Below are positions 49,718-60,265 of a stretch of 64,000 nt of DNA, piece after piece. The stretch comes from Nitrospirales bacterium (GTDB lineage: Bacteria; Nitrospirota; Nitrospiria; Nitrospirales; UBA8639). The stretch covers positions 416,001 through 480,000 of the forward strand of contig CBDCWC010000003.1 in assembly GCA_965223295.1 (NCBI GenBank), read 5' to 3'. Made by a program: the position numbers and the translations under genes. Each line of letters begins with the position of its first letter. Position 1 is the first letter of the stretch. The notes below the pieces were generated by a model, which had not been told where the DNA came from, ran no database searches, and saw nothing but the letters and a program-made list of their open reading frames with translations.

Positions 49718-50402
49718 GTGACGCCTCACTGTTCATAGCTCGAATACCCGATTTCCCAAACCGCTTCCCAAGTTCTTGATAGATTTCTGTTGGAGGAATT
49801 CCATAATGCCCAAGCATGACTAAAGAATGAAACCAAAGATCCGCCATTTCATAGACAATCTCTTCACGATTCGAGTTTTTCCCGGCCAGTACGACTTCGC
49901 CAGCTTCTTCGACGACTTTTTTTAATATCCGATCAACATCCCCTTGCAGCAATGTCGACATATAGGAATCGGAACTGGGATGGGCCTTTCGATGCATGAC
50001 GGTTTCATACAGCCGTTGGAGAATCCCGCCCCATGCTGTACCAGAAGGTATGGGCAGACCCTGATCCGATGTTCCCGGCATGGGCGTAAAAAAACAGGAT
50101 CGAGTCCCCGTATGACACGTCGGTCCAATCGGCTGAGCTTTCACCAACACGGTGTCTTGGTCACAATCAAGAAAGACTTCCTTGAGTAAGAGTTCATGAC
50201 CTGACGTCTCCCCTTTCTTCCATATCTGCTGCCGCGAACGGCTCCAAAAATGCACTCGTTGAGACACCTGGGTCTTTTCCCAAGCTTCCTGGTTCATAAA
50301 ACCCAGCATTAACACCGTTCCGTCTAACCAATCCTGGACGACACAAGGCAAGAGGCCCTGAGCATCAAATTGTAAGGTTTGTGATTCTGGCGTTTCACTC
50401 AT
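49710..50402 (-). CDS. hisIE: Bifunctional phosphoribosyl-AMP cyclohydrolase / phosphoribosyl-ATP pyrophosphatase
   Basis: WKKGETSG, DCDQD, CHTGTRSCF, KVVEEAGE, YEMADL. Confidence 0.96.
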   Translation of the reverse strand: MSETPESQTLQFDAQGLLPCVVQDWLDGTVLMLGFMNQEAWEKTQVSQRVHFWSRSRQQIWKKGETSGHELLLKEVFLDCDQDTVLVKAQPIGPTCHTGTRSCFFTPMPGTSDQGLPIPSGTAWGGILQRLYETVMHRKAHPSSDSYMSTLLQGDVDRILKKVVEEAGEVVLAGKNSNREEIVYEMADLWFHSLVMLGHYGIPPTEIYQELGKRFGKSGIRAMNSEASHG

Positions 50403-50408
50403 CTGCTT

Positions 50409-51206
50409 CTACCCAATGGAGACAGGAACGGTTGCTGGACGCATGGGAATACCTCGTTCAGTTAAAAAAGATTTAGCTTGGCTAATTGAATAGGTTTGAA
50501 AATGGAAAATGGATGCAGCTAACACGGCATCAGCTTTCCCCACGGCAAAGGCTTCATAGAGATGCTGAAGGGTCCCAGCTCCGCCCGAAGCAATCACAGG
50601 GATCGTGACCGCATCAGAGATGGCCGCCGTGAGAGGTAGATCATAACCATCTTTAGTCCCATCTTGATCCATACTGGTGAGCAAAATTTCTCCTGCTCCA
50701 CATTCCATCATTCGTTGAGCCCAACGTACCGCATCCAAACCGGTAGCCTTGCGCCCTCCATGTGTGAAAACTTCCCATTCTTGAACGTCCCCTTCACAAC
50801 TAGTCATTCGCTTCGCATCAATGGCCACGACAATACATTGCGAACCAAATCGACCAGCTGCAGCTTTGACGAATTCAGGCTCTTGAACGGCTGCCGTATT
50901 AATACTGACCTTATCCGCACCCGCTTCCAGCAATCGACGGATATCTTCTAATGTGCGAATCCCTCCGCCAACTGTCAAGGGCATAAACACTTGCTCGGCG
51001 GTTCGCACCACCACATCTAAAATCGTATCCCGCTTTTCATGCGAGGCCGTAATGTCCAGAAAGCAGAGTTCATCTGCCCCTTCCCGATCATAGACCTGTG
51101 CCACATGAACAGGATCACCCGCATCACGCAGATTTACAAAGGAGACGCCCTTCACCACCCGCCCATCCTTCACATCCAGACAGGGAATGATACGCTTGGT
51201 CAACAC
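50409..51206 (-). CDS. hisF: Imidazole glycerol phosphate synthase subunit HisF
   Basis: [40 protein letters not shown]. Confidence 0.98.
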   Translation of the reverse strand: MLTKRIIPCLDVKDGRVVKGVSFVNLRDAGDPVHVAQVYDREGADELCFLDITASHEKRDTILDVVVRTAEQVFMPLTVGGGIRTLEDIRRLLEAGADKVSINTAAVQEPEFVKAAAGRFGSQCIVVAIDAKRMTSCEGDVQEWEVFTHGGRKATGLDAVRWAQRMMECGAGEILLTSMDQDGTKDGYDLPLTAAISDAVTIPVIASGGAGTLQHLYEAFAVGKADAVLAASIFHFQTYSISQAKSFLTERGIPMRPATVPVSIG

Positions 51207-51946
51207 GTGACTTCCGTCTCCCCTGCCGACCGTACAAGTTCAAGAGCAGCCGGCAGATCCAACGTTCCCTCATACAGGGCTTTTCCTATAATAATGCCAG
51301 AGATATTATTCCGGATTTCTTGGATCGCACGAATATCATCGAGCCTGGTCACGCCACCTGAAGCAATGATGGGAACGGGCGAAAACGCTGCTGCCTCGCG
51401 TAACGCAGAAATATTAGGGCCATTTAACATGCCGTCTCGGGAAATATCGGTGAATACAACTCCGGCTAAGGGAAGATCTTTTACAGAATCAAACACCTGT
51501 TGCGGGGTTAAGGAAGAAACCGCCGTCCACCCATGTACCGCAATCAGCCCTTTTTTGACATCAATCCCTAGCAGTATTTTGTGAGGAAATTGTTGCGCAA
51601 TGGTGGACAAAAACTTGGCATCTTGTAAGCCCGCTGTTCCGACCACCACTCGATCAACTCCACTCGAACGATAGGCTTGAACCGTCTCTGCATTCCGGAT
51701 TCCACCCCCAACCTGTATGGGAATACTCAATTTTTTGGCAATAGCTTCAATCTGGGACAAATGTTTTGGCATCCCTTCCACCGCCCCATCTAGATCCACA
51801 ATATGTAAGTATGGGGCGCCGAGATTTTGCCATTGTTCCGCCATGCCGACAGGATCATCTGAATACCGAGTGACTTCGCTCATTTCACCTTGCCGCAAGC
51901 GAACACATTTTCCATCTTTTAAATCAATGGCAGGAATTAACAACAT
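51200..51946 (-). CDS. hisA: ProFAR isomerase
   Basis: [36 protein letters not shown]. Confidence 0.97.
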   Translation of the reverse strand: MLLIPAIDLKDGKCVRLRQGEMSEVTRYSDDPVGMAEQWQNLGAPYLHIVDLDGAVEGMPKHLSQIEAIAKKLSIPIQVGGGIRNAETVQAYRSSGVDRVVVGTAGLQDAKFLSTIAQQFPHKILLGIDVKKGLIAVHGWTAVSSLTPQQVFDSVKDLPLAGVVFTDISRDGMLNGPNISALREAAAFSPVPIIASGGVTRLDDIRAIQEIRNNISGIIIGKALYEGTLDLPAALELVRSAGETEVTC

Positions 51947-51979
51947 GGCGATTACGTACTTCGAGACAAATAAAACTGA

Positions 51980-52759
51980 CTATTGAACAGGAGAAACAGA
52001 TTTTCCAACTGGAAAGGTTTCCATTACTTTTTCTACCCCTATTTCCGAAAGTTCTTGAGCCGTCACAAATCCCCCACTCTTTTCAAAAAACCCAACGACA
52101 TCCTGGGTCAGGGGTTTCTGTTCCTCAAAAAATTCCCCTTTCCACAACACTGCCCCATTTGCTGGTTGAACAAGAAACATCTCAAACCCGACAGCAGCAG
52201 GCTTTGCGCCTATTCTCGTCCCTTCACGTTCCCGATAGGTCCGAACAATCCCCATTAAGACCGCATCAACTTCCAAACGATGTCCAACATCTTTGGCCAA
52301 GGTCTGTAAAGCAGGGCCAGATTGAGTCCCTCCCAAATCCACGGCAGAAGCCACCTGATCTGATTCAATAACCCGCAAAGCGGATCGAGAGGCAAGCGCG
52401 GATTCAATTCGTCTTGTAATAAATTTCGCTGCGGTATCAGGCACAGAGTAACGATCTCGTTGAGCGCTGGACTGATCTCCTTGATCACCTCCAGGCAATC
52501 GAAATTGTGTACGGATTTCCTCCGGGTCCCTGACATGTGCCTGTGCCTGTCCATAGCCCCATTGAGGGACCTGAATCTTTTGAAATGGGACAACAGCAAT
52601 ACTCGAAATAGCTGCGGGATCAAATTGCGGAGCCGACTGAACCTGAACTTTTGAAGGCACACACCCAACAGCAAGCCCCCACCACCCAACAACAAGACAG
52701 ACGAATCCTAAAGCCGGAAATTGGGGAGAATCTTGCATCCTGTTGCCAATCTGACTCAT
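51980..52759 (-). CDS. Putative lipoprotein embedded in the his operon
   Basis: Hydrophobic stretch ending in LAVGC lipobox; SIAVVPF...VDAVLMG...VLWKG pattern reminiscent of the CsgG/LpoB/TolB-N fold. Confidence 0.7.
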   Translation of the reverse strand: MSQIGNRMQDSPQFPALGFVCLVVGWWGLAVGCVPSKVQVQSAPQFDPAAISSIAVVPFQKIQVPQWGYGQAQAHVRDPEEIRTQFRLPGGDQGDQSSAQRDRYSVPDTAAKFITRRIESALASRSALRVIESDQVASAVDLGGTQSGPALQTLAKDVGHRLEVDAVLMGIVRTYREREGTRIGAKPAAVGFEMFLVQPANGAVLWKGEFFEEQKPLTQDVVGFFEKSGGFVTAQELSEIGVEKVMETFPVGKSVSPVQ

Positions 52760-53376
52760 TGCCAGGCACCAAAATTTTTTAAGACTTGCAACCCGACAGT
52801 CTGACTTTTTTCTGGATGAAATTGGGTCGCAAAAATATTGTCTTTCCAGACACTGCTGGCAAACGACACGCCATAATCTGTCTGAGTACTCACTACGACT
52901 TGCTCGTCAGGTTCAACATAAAAGGAATGGACGAAATAGACATACGAGTCAGAATTGATGCCCTGTAACGGAGGCGCCTCCTTACTAATATGAATGGTGT
53001 TCCATCCCATATGTGGAATTTTATAAGAAGAGACCACGTCCTTGGACAAAGGAATCGCCTTCACTTTTCCCGGCAATACACCCAGACCTTTATGACATCC
53101 AAATTCTTCACTTTCAGAAAACAACAGTTGAAAGCCAACACAAATACCCAAAAAAGGTTTCCCTACCTGGATTGCCCGATGAATTGGATCAACCAAGCGG
53201 TAACGAGTGACATTGGCCATACAATCGCCAAACGCTCCAACACCCGGCAGGACAACATGGCTGGCACGATCAATGGCTTCGGGATCTCGCGTGACTATGG
53301 CCTGATGCCCAACTTGCTCAAACCCTTTCTGCACACTACGGAGATTACCCATGCCATAGTCAATGATCGCAATCAT
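52756..53376 (-). CDS. hisH: Imidazole glycerol phosphate synthase subunit HisH
   Basis: DYGMGNL, LPGVGAF, LGICVG, PHMGWN, QFHPEKS. Confidence 0.98.
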   Translation of the reverse strand: MIAIIDYGMGNLRSVQKGFEQVGHQAIVTRDPEAIDRASHVVLPGVGAFGDCMANVTRYRLVDPIHRAIQVGKPFLGICVGFQLLFSESEEFGCHKGLGVLPGKVKAIPLSKDVVSSYKIPHMGWNTIHISKEAPPLQGINSDSYVYFVHSFYVEPDEQVVVSTQTDYGVSFASSVWKDNIFATQFHPEKSQTVGLQVLKNFGAWQ

Positions 53377-53420
53377 CAGTTCTCCGTTTCTCGATTCGCA
53401 CTACAGGCACATACCCATTA

Positions 53421-53495
53421 TGGGACTGTTAAATAGTTCAATTTCAAGTTATGAAAAGGCCTTCAGAGCCATGGCGGCTTTTTTGACCATTCCCA
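53421..53495 (-). repeat. Short (75 bp) internal-deletion derivative of the MITE-like element, copy H
   Basis: GGGACTGTTAAATAGTTCAATTTCAAG...GGCCTTCAGAGCCATGGCGGCTTTTTTGACCATTCCC; shares its tail with copy G; flanked by TTA...TTA. Confidence 0.85.
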
Positions 53496-53499
53496 TTAT

Positions 53500-54102
53500 T
53501 TAGAGAGAGCCTTTCGTTGACAACACTCCGGTTACCCGATCGTCTCGCCGTATCGCTTGATCCAGGGCTTTGGCCAGAGCTTTAAAAATGGCTTCCATAA
53601 TATGATGGGGATTCCGTCCATACAACACATTCACATGGAGGTTGAGCCCACCCTGACTCACAAAGGCTTGGAAAAAATCTTCAAACAGGCCCAAATCAAA
53701 GGACTTGATATAGCGCGTTGGCAACGAGACATTGTAGACGAGATAGGGGCGTCCGCTTAAATCTACCGTGACTTGGGCTAGTGTTTCATCCAAGGGCACC
53801 GACGAAAATCCAAATCGTGCAATACCCTCTTTTTTCCCCAGGGCTTGATTCAAGACTTGACCCATCACAATCCCAATGTCTTCAATGGTATGATGGTCGT
53901 CAATCTCAATATCGCCCTTGGCTTCAACCGTCAGATCAAAAAATCCATGTTTCCCTAACAGATTCAGCATGTGATCTAAAAAAGGGATCGAGGTCTGGAT
54001 CGCATTGTTGCCTTGCCCATCCAGGACCCAGATAACAGAGATCGCGGTTTCAGCCGTGGTTCGGTCCTGCGAAGCAGATCTGGGAATAGCTTGTTGACTC
54101 AT
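53500..54102 (-). CDS. hisB: Imidazoleglycerol-phosphate dehydratase
   Basis: [37 protein letters not shown]. Confidence 0.97.
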   Translation of the reverse strand: MSQQAIPRSASQDRTTAETAISVIWVLDGQGNNAIQTSIPFLDHMLNLLGKHGFFDLTVEAKGDIEIDDHHTIEDIGIVMGQVLNQALGKKEGIARFGFSSVPLDETLAQVTVDLSGRPYLVYNVSLPTRYIKSFDLGLFEDFFQAFVSQGGLNLHVNVLYGRNPHHIMEAIFKALAKALDQAIRRDDRVTGVLSTKGSL

Positions 54103-55382
54103 GTCCATCGACTCTCCATAGATTGCCTGTGCGCGTCAAACCCCTCCAAGGTAGCAAGACGGGCAACGGGGCGTTTGGCTTTCAACAATGCATTGCGAGA
54201 ATACGACACCACATTGCTCCTCTTCACATACTCGTCAACGCCGAGGCTCGAAAAAAACTTTGCACTTCCTCCCGTGGGCAACACATGATTCGGTCCTGCC
54301 ACATAATCAGCCACGGCTGGAGGCGTGTATCTTCCAACAAAAATAGCGCCTGCATGACATATACGAGGGAGATAGCGAGAGGGGGTTGTCACATTTAAAG
54401 AAAGGTGCTCCGGAGCAATGCGATTAGCCAACTCACAAGCCTCTGCTAAGTTTTTGACGACAAAGGCCATCGCATGACTACGAATCGAGCGGGAAACAAT
54501 CTTCTCACGCCCTAACTGTTTCAATTGCTGGTTGACTTCTTTGACGGTCCGTTTAGCCATAGCCGCTGATGTGGTCACGAGATAGACACAGGCTTCTTCA
54601 TCATGTTCAGCTTCACACAATAAATCTGCGGCAACATGCTTCGGGTTACTTGCGGAGTCAGCCACCACCAAAAGTTCACTAGGCCCGGCAATCATATCAA
54701 TATCCACTTGACCATAAACAAGGCGCTTTGCCGTCGCTACATACAGATTTCCCGGGCCGACAATTTTATCCACGGGGAGAATGCTTGGGGTGCCGTAGGC
54801 TAACGCCCCAATTGCCTGGACGCCCCCCACGCGATAGATTTCATCAACTCCTGCTATATCGGCTGCCACGAGCAACGAAGGATGAATAGTACCGGTGGGG
54901 GTTGGTGTACACATCACAACACGACCAACTCCTGCCACTTTGGCCGGAATCGCATTCATCAGCACCGACGAAGGGTACACGGCTTTTCCACCAGGAACGT
55001 ACAGGCCCACGGCATCAAGGGGCGTAATCATCTGGCCAAGTTGTATCCCATCTTTCCGATAGGTCCAAGTTGAGCGGCGTTGCCTTCGGTGAAATGTCCG
55101 AATTCTCCGGGCAGCATATTTGAGTGCCGTCGCATCAGCTTTTGGCAGAGCCGAATACGCATGGCGAATTTCTTGCTGACTTACGCGCAACTGATTCGGA
55201 CGGATGCGAATCTTATCAAAACGCCAGGTCAAACGCTGAACGGCAGAATCTCCTTCCCGACGAACCGCATCCAAAATCTTCCGGACGGCTTGCTCCACCT
55301 TGACATTTTGACGGCTGCCTCGCTGACAAACCACTTCCACCGCTTTCGAGAAGCCTGCCTCTTTCCAAGAAAGAATTTTCAT
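54099..55382 (-). CDS. hisD: Histidinol dehydrogenase
   Basis: [45 protein letters not shown]. Confidence 0.97.
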   Translation of the reverse strand: MKILSWKEAGFSKAVEVVCQRGSRQNVKVEQAVRKILDAVRREGDSAVQRLTWRFDKIRIRPNQLRVSQQEIRHAYSALPKADATALKYAARRIRTFHRRQRRSTWTYRKDGIQLGQMITPLDAVGLYVPGGKAVYPSSVLMNAIPAKVAGVGRVVMCTPTPTGTIHPSLLVAADIAGVDEIYRVGGVQAIGALAYGTPSILPVDKIVGPGNLYVATAKRLVYGQVDIDMIAGPSELLVVADSASNPKHVAADLLCEAEHDEEACVYLVTTSAAMAKRTVKEVNQQLKQLGREKIVSRSIRSHAMAFVVKNLAEACELANRIAPEHLSLNVTTPSRYLPRICHAGAIFVGRYTPPAVADYVAGPNHVLPTGGSAKFFSSLGVDEYVKRSNVVSYSRNALLKAKRPVARLATLEGFDAHRQSMESRWT

Positions 55383-56056
55383 CGGCGCACGCCTTTTTTC
55401 TTTATAGAAGATGATTGAGTGTTCTTCACTTGCTGTTTAATTCGCGCGATCACGTCGGTTACCAAAGCATGTTTCATCTTTAAACTAGCTCGATTCACAA
55501 TCAAACGGGCCGAAGACCATGCGATGACTTCCTCTTCAACCAAATTATTGGCTTTCAGCGTCTTGCCGGTCTCCACTAAATCCACAATCCGATCAGCCAG
55601 TCCTACCAACGGGGCCAACTCGATCGATCCGTATAATTTTATGAGTTCAACAGGCATCCCCTGTTGATTAAAAAACCGTTCAGTAATCGTCGGATATTTT
55701 GTGGCCACACGAAGCTTGGAAGACAAACGCTGTACGGGAGTTTGCCCATTCGGTTTCGCCACCACTAATTTACAACGCCCTAAACCAAGATCCACCGGTT
55801 CATACACATCGGGGCTTTGCTCTAACAACACATCCTTACCAACCACTCCGAGATCAGCCGCTCCATACTCGACATAGACCGGCACATCACTGGGCCGCAC
55901 AATCAAGACCCGATGGCCATGGTCTGGATATTCCAAAATCAAACGGCGCTCATCATCTAGCACATGATAGGCAGAGTACCCAGCTTTCCGGAATAAGGAA
56001 AGTGTTGGCGGAAGCAGTTTGCCCTTTGACAGGGCAATCGTCATACCTTCACTCAT
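55379..56056 (-). CDS. hisG: ATP phosphoribosyltransferase, short form
   Basis: ALSKGKL, VATKYP, GSIELAP..G..D.IVDLVETGKTL; 225 aa, lacks the C-terminal regulatory domain. Confidence 0.96.
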   Translation of the reverse strand: MSEGMTIALSKGKLLPPTLSLFRKAGYSAYHVLDDERRLILEYPDHGHRVLIVRPSDVPVYVEYGAADLGVVGKDVLLEQSPDVYEPVDLGLGRCKLVVAKPNGQTPVQRLSSKLRVATKYPTITERFFNQQGMPVELIKLYGSIELAPLVGLADRIVDLVETGKTLKANNLVEEEVIAWSSARLIVNRASLKMKHALVTDVIARIKQQVKNTQSSSIKKKGVRR

Positions 56057-57312
56057 ACAGCTTCCCGTACTCGCCGAACCTGACCACCCAATAGTCCAAT
56101 TTTTTCTTCCAGTCGTTCGTATCCTCGATCTAAATGGTACACTCGCGAAATGATCGTCTCTCCTTCAGCAGCCAATCCAGCCAAGACCAACCCCGCACTC
56201 GCGCGAAGATCGGAAGCCATAACCGGAGCCCCGGCAAGAGTCGGAATGCCTTTCACCACCGCATGCGGCCCGTCCACTTCAATTGAGGCCCCCATTCGAT
56301 GCAACTCCGGAACATGGAGAAACCGCCCTTCGAAAATGGTTTCTGTCAAGACACTTGTTCCTTCAGCCACAGTCATTAATGCCATCATTTGAGCCTGCAG
56401 ATCCGTCGGAAACCCTGGGTACGGTAAGGTTTTTACTTCAAGAGCCTTGAGGGGCAAAGGGCGGCGAACACGTAATCCTTCAGCACTTTCTGTTAGCTCC
56501 ACTCCCATTTCCTGCATTTTCGTCAACACATTTCCCAAATGATCCGTCACACAACCCCTGATCGTGACATCCCCACCAGTAATCGCGCCCGCCATGACAA
56601 ATGTGCCAGCTTCCACGCGATCTGGCATGACCCTATAACTTGCCCCATGCAATTCGGACACGCCTTCGATCGTAATGGTATCCGTTCCTGCTCCGAGAAT
56701 TTTCGCTCCTCGTTTCGTGAGATACGCACATAAATCCGCAATTTCAGGTTCCCGTGCAACATTATGCAAACTCGTCGTTCCATCTGCTAAACATGCTGCC
56801 ATAATGAGGTTTTCAGTCCCTGTCACTGTTGGAAAATCTAAATCGATCCTGGCTCCCTTAAGACGACTGGCTTTGGCATGGATATACCCATGCTCAACGT
56901 GAATCTCTGCGCCCATTGCGGTCAGCGCTTTCAAATGAAGATTGACAGGACGCGTCCCAATCGCACAGCCTCCGGGCAAGGACACCTTAGCCTCGCCTAG
57001 ACGCGTTAACAAAGGTCCTAACGCCAAGATAGAGGCCCGCATCGTTTTGACTAAATCATACGGAGCTTCTATTGATTGAACTTGGCTGGCTTCTACAATC
57101 ACCCGTCCACCCTCTGTCCGAACGTCTACACCAAGCAATTCCAAGAGCTTGCCCATCGTGACGACATCCCGAACTTGTGGGACATGGTCAAGAATACATT
57201 CGCCTCCACCCAGCAGAGATGCCGCTAAAATGGGAAGCGCCGCATTCTTCGCTCCACCCACTTCAACTACGCCATGCAAAGGAACCCCGCCAATGATTCG
57301 AATTTGATCCAT
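56053..57312 (-). CDS. murA: UDP-N-acetylglucosamine 1-carboxyvinyltransferase
   Basis: GAKNAALP, SLPGGCAIGTRP, PGFPTDLQAQ, SDLRAS, HLDRGYE. Confidence 0.98.
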   Translation of the reverse strand: MDQIRIIGGVPLHGVVEVGGAKNAALPILAASLLGGGECILDHVPQVRDVVTMGKLLELLGVDVRTEGGRVIVEASQVQSIEAPYDLVKTMRASILALGPLLTRLGEAKVSLPGGCAIGTRPVNLHLKALTAMGAEIHVEHGYIHAKASRLKGARIDLDFPTVTGTENLIMAACLADGTTSLHNVAREPEIADLCAYLTKRGAKILGAGTDTITIEGVSELHGASYRVMPDRVEAGTFVMAGAITGGDVTIRGCVTDHLGNVLTKMQEMGVELTESAEGLRVRRPLPLKALEVKTLPYPGFPTDLQAQMMALMTVAEGTSVLTETIFEGRFLHVPELHRMGASIEVDGPHAVVKGIPTLAGAPVMASDLRASAGLVLAGLAAEGETIISRVYHLDRGYERLEEKIGLLGGQVRRVREAV

Positions 57313-57342
57313 ACCTCTATCAATCAAATATGAGTATCTGCA

Positions 57343-58227
57343 TTATGAATCACCAACATACTGCAAACGTGCCATCCGAGGAATCCCCTGATTGTCAGGC
57401 TGTAGCTTCACCACCTCGAAAACACCGAAAGCCGCAACTTCGCGGCAGATAGCCTCATCTTGTCCCAGCCCAAGTTCTATCAAAACAAAGCCGTTCGGAG
57501 CCAATACCACCGGCGCTTGTTTCAACAAACATCGATAGACATCCAACCCATCCGGCCCTCCGTCCAACGCCAGACGTGGCTCAAACTCTTTGACATCAGG
57601 AGAAAGACGATCCCATTCGGCGTGGGAAATATACGGTAGGTTTGCAATAATGGCCGACACTTTACCTACTAGCCCGCCGGATAACAAGGGGGCCAAAAGA
57701 TCACCCGACACCCACAAAATCTGTGAAGATACACCATGTTTTTTGGCATTTCGTTGGGCCATACGCAAGGCTAAAATCGATCGATCTGAGGCGACAATCA
57801 TCGCATGGTTGAGATGCACCGCCAGACTAATGGCCAAACAGCCTGACCCTGTTCCTATATCGAGAATAATCGGTTTCCGATACGAACTGAGAAGGGCAAT
57901 GGTATCTGCAACCAACAATTCGGATTCAGGACGGGGAATTAAGACATTTGAGTTGACAAGGAAATCTAATCCGAAAAATTCCTGACTGCCCAACACATAC
58001 TGAAGCGGCTCCCGAGAAGCCCGCCGTCGAATCAAGTCCATAGTATGCTGGTAGGCTTTTGAGTCAATCACATCATCGCCATAGGCATACAGGCGTGAAG
58101 CATTCACCCCCAACGCCGCTTCGACAATCCACAGCACTTCTCGCCTGGCATGAGCGATTCCGGCTTGGCTGAGTCGCTCCACGGCTTCGGCATACAACTG
58201 AAAAGAGGAAATGGACAAGGTCTTCAC
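57343..58227 (-). CDS. prmC: Release factor glutamine methyltransferase
   Basis: REPLQYVLG, VLIPRPESE, DIGTGSG, NLPY, EPRLALDGG. Confidence 0.95.
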   Translation of the reverse strand: MKTLSISSFQLYAEAVERLSQAGIAHARREVLWIVEAALGVNASRLYAYGDDVIDSKAYQHTMDLIRRRASREPLQYVLGSQEFFGLDFLVNSNVLIPRPESELLVADTIALLSSYRKPIILDIGTGSGCLAISLAVHLNHAMIVASDRSILALRMAQRNAKKHGVSSQILWVSGDLLAPLLSGGLVGKVSAIIANLPYISHAEWDRLSPDVKEFEPRLALDGGPDGLDVYRCLLKQAPVVLAPNGFVLIELGLGQDEAICREVAAFGVFEVVKLQPDNQGIPRMARLQYVGDS

Positions 58228-58253
58228 GGCCTTCTACAGAACCAGGCCTACGT

Positions 58254-58447
58254 AAGGGCCGTTGAATAGTGATGAGATCAACGGCCAAATTTCGTCTCTG
58301 CGACGTACCATGTCAGAGGCCTCGGGTCTGTTCAAAAAAGGTTCGTCCAGCAAGGCCGCAGCCATTGTTGCGCGCGGAACGTACTGGTCCTACGTGAGCA
58401 CGGAACAAGGGCGAGAACGCCGCTGGCGGCTTTTTGCAACAGACCCA
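58254..58447 (-). repeat. Dispersed MITE-like element, copy I
   Basis: AGGGCCGTTGAATAGTGATG...TTTTTGCAACAGACCC between prfA and prmC. Confidence 0.9.
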
Positions 58448-58489
58448 TGTAAGAAAATACAGACGATCTGAAAATCGTGCCGGAAGACG

Positions 58490-59569
58490 TTACTGCGCTT
58501 TGAGGGCGTTGACTAAATCATCCAGATCGCCTTCCATGACGCGATCCAATTTATGCAGGGTGAGCCCAATGCGATGATCGGTCACCCGATTTTGCGGGAA
58601 ATTATATGTGCGGATTTTTTCGCTACGTTCCCCAGTACCAACTTGAGAACGCCGTTGTTGGGCAAGTGAAGCCTCTTGTTTTTCACGTTCAGCATCGCCG
58701 ATACGCGTTCGGAGAGTTCGCATGGCCTTGGTACGATTTTTCAATTGCGATCGTTCATCCTGACAGGTCACCACAACTCCTGTAGGAATATGGGTAATCC
58801 GAACCGCAGAATAAGTGGTATTGACGCTTTGCCCTCCAGCACCAGATGAACAGTAGGTATCAATGCGCAAGTCTTTTTGATCAATTTGGACATCCACTTC
58901 TTCGACTTCCGGCATGACAGCTACCGTTGCCGTCGATGTATGGATGCGGCCATTTGCTTCGGTTGTCGGAACCCGTTGCACACGATGCACGCCACTTTCA
59001 TACTTAAAAAATCCAAAGGCGCCGTTTCCTTCCACTAACAAGACCGCCTCCTTCACCCCTCCGATTCCTGTCTCATGAGATTCAATTAATTCAGACCGCA
59101 ACCCTTTCGATTCAGCATATTTCAAATACATCCGCAACAGATCGCCCGCGAACAAGGCAGCCTCACCGCCTCCAGTTCCTGCGCGAATCTCAATAAATGA
59201 ATTTTTATTATTGCCTTCAGCTTCAGGACAGAGTAATTCAACCACCTGGGTCTCCAACTCATCGCGACGAGATTCCAGGCTTTCTAATTCCTCCGTGGCT
59301 AATCGCCGCATGTCAGGATCCAGCTGGAGATCCTCTGCCAAAAGCTGGGATTGCGAAATTTCTTCGAGCACTCGCCGATACTCGCCAAACATCTGAGCTA
59401 TCGGTTCCAATTCAGCCCGTTCTTTATTCAGCGAAACAAGAAGATTAGATTGCGACAAGACCGTAGGATCAGTCAATTGATCATTGAGCGTCTCGTATTT
59501 ATTGGCCAAGGCTTCCCAGCGGGAGTAGAGGCCACCGTCTCGTAGTTCGGCTTTAGTGACATTTGCCAT
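58490..59569 (-). CDS. prfA: Peptide chain release factor 1
   Basis: [22 protein letters not shown] (PxT), GAGGQ, RTYNFPQ; start uncertain. Confidence 0.97.
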   Translation of the reverse strand: MANVTKAELRDGGLYSRWEALANKYETLNDQLTDPTVLSQSNLLVSLNKERAELEPIAQMFGEYRRVLEEISQSQLLAEDLQLDPDMRRLATEELESLESRRDELETQVVELLCPEAEGNNKNSFIEIRAGTGGGEAALFAGDLLRMYLKYAESKGLRSELIESHETGIGGVKEAVLLVEGNGAFGFFKYESGVHRVQRVPTTEANGRIHTSTATVAVMPEVEEVDVQIDQKDLRIDTYCSSGAGGQSVNTTYSAVRITHIPTGVVVTCQDERSQLKNRTKAMRTLRTRIGDAEREKQEASLAQQRRSQVGTGERSEKIRTYNFPQNRVTDHRIGLTLHKLDRVMEGDLDDLVNALKAQ

Positions 59570-59644
59570 AAGAGAGACCAATCACTGAATGATAGCAGGA
59601 CCGAATCCACACGACATATCACCTACTGAAAAGAAAAGACAGAA

Positions 59645-59841
59645 AAGGTTTGTTGAAAAAAGCCGTCAGCGGCGTTCTCGCTATTTTTCCGTGCTCACAT
59701 ACTGCCAGTAAGTATGCTCCGCGCGCAAAAAGAGCTGCGGCCTTGCTGAACGGACTTTTTTGAACAAACCCGAGGCCTCTGACATGTTACCCCTCAGACA
59801 CGAAATGTGGCCGTTGATATCATCATGATTCAACAGGCCTA
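59645..59841 (+). repeat. Dispersed MITE-like element, copy J
   Basis: AGGTTTGTTGAAAAAAGCCG...TTGAACAAACCC...TTCAACAGGCCT; flanked by GAA...GAA. Confidence 0.92.
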
Positions 59842-59963
59842 GAAATGAAACGAATGGGGACCTTAGGAAGGCCAAAGAACTTGGTCGCGTCTGTTCAATA
59901 GCTAATGCCGTTGCAAGGCATCAATAAGAAATGTGAGAGGACGACAGAGAGCGGAAAACATCT

Positions 59964-60191
59964 TCAGGCTTTGGCCTTCGTTTTAGTCTTGGCCGTTTTG
60001 CTGTATTTTTTATTGAACCGTTCTACCCGTCCTTCAGCATCCACAATTTTTTGCGTGCCGGTAAAGAAAGGGTGACAACTTGAACAAATATCGACTTTTA
60101 AATCTCCCACGGTGGTCCGTGTTTGATAGCTCATGCCACATGCACAACTCACAGTTGCAAATTCATATGTCGGATGGATTCCCTTTTTCAT
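59964..60191 (-). CDS. rpmE: 50S ribosomal protein L31 (Zn-binding type)
   Basis: [32 protein letters not shown]. Confidence 0.97.
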   Translation of the reverse strand: MKKGIHPTYEFATVSCACGMSYQTRTTVGDLKVDICSSCHPFFTGTQKIVDAEGRVERFNKKYSKTAKTKTKAKA

Positions 60192-60265
60192 CTTCTCTCC
60201 CTCGCCAAATCTAACAGGCCTTCTGTCAAAAACGTTTTCTGTTAGTAGTTACTCTCTATTGTGAA

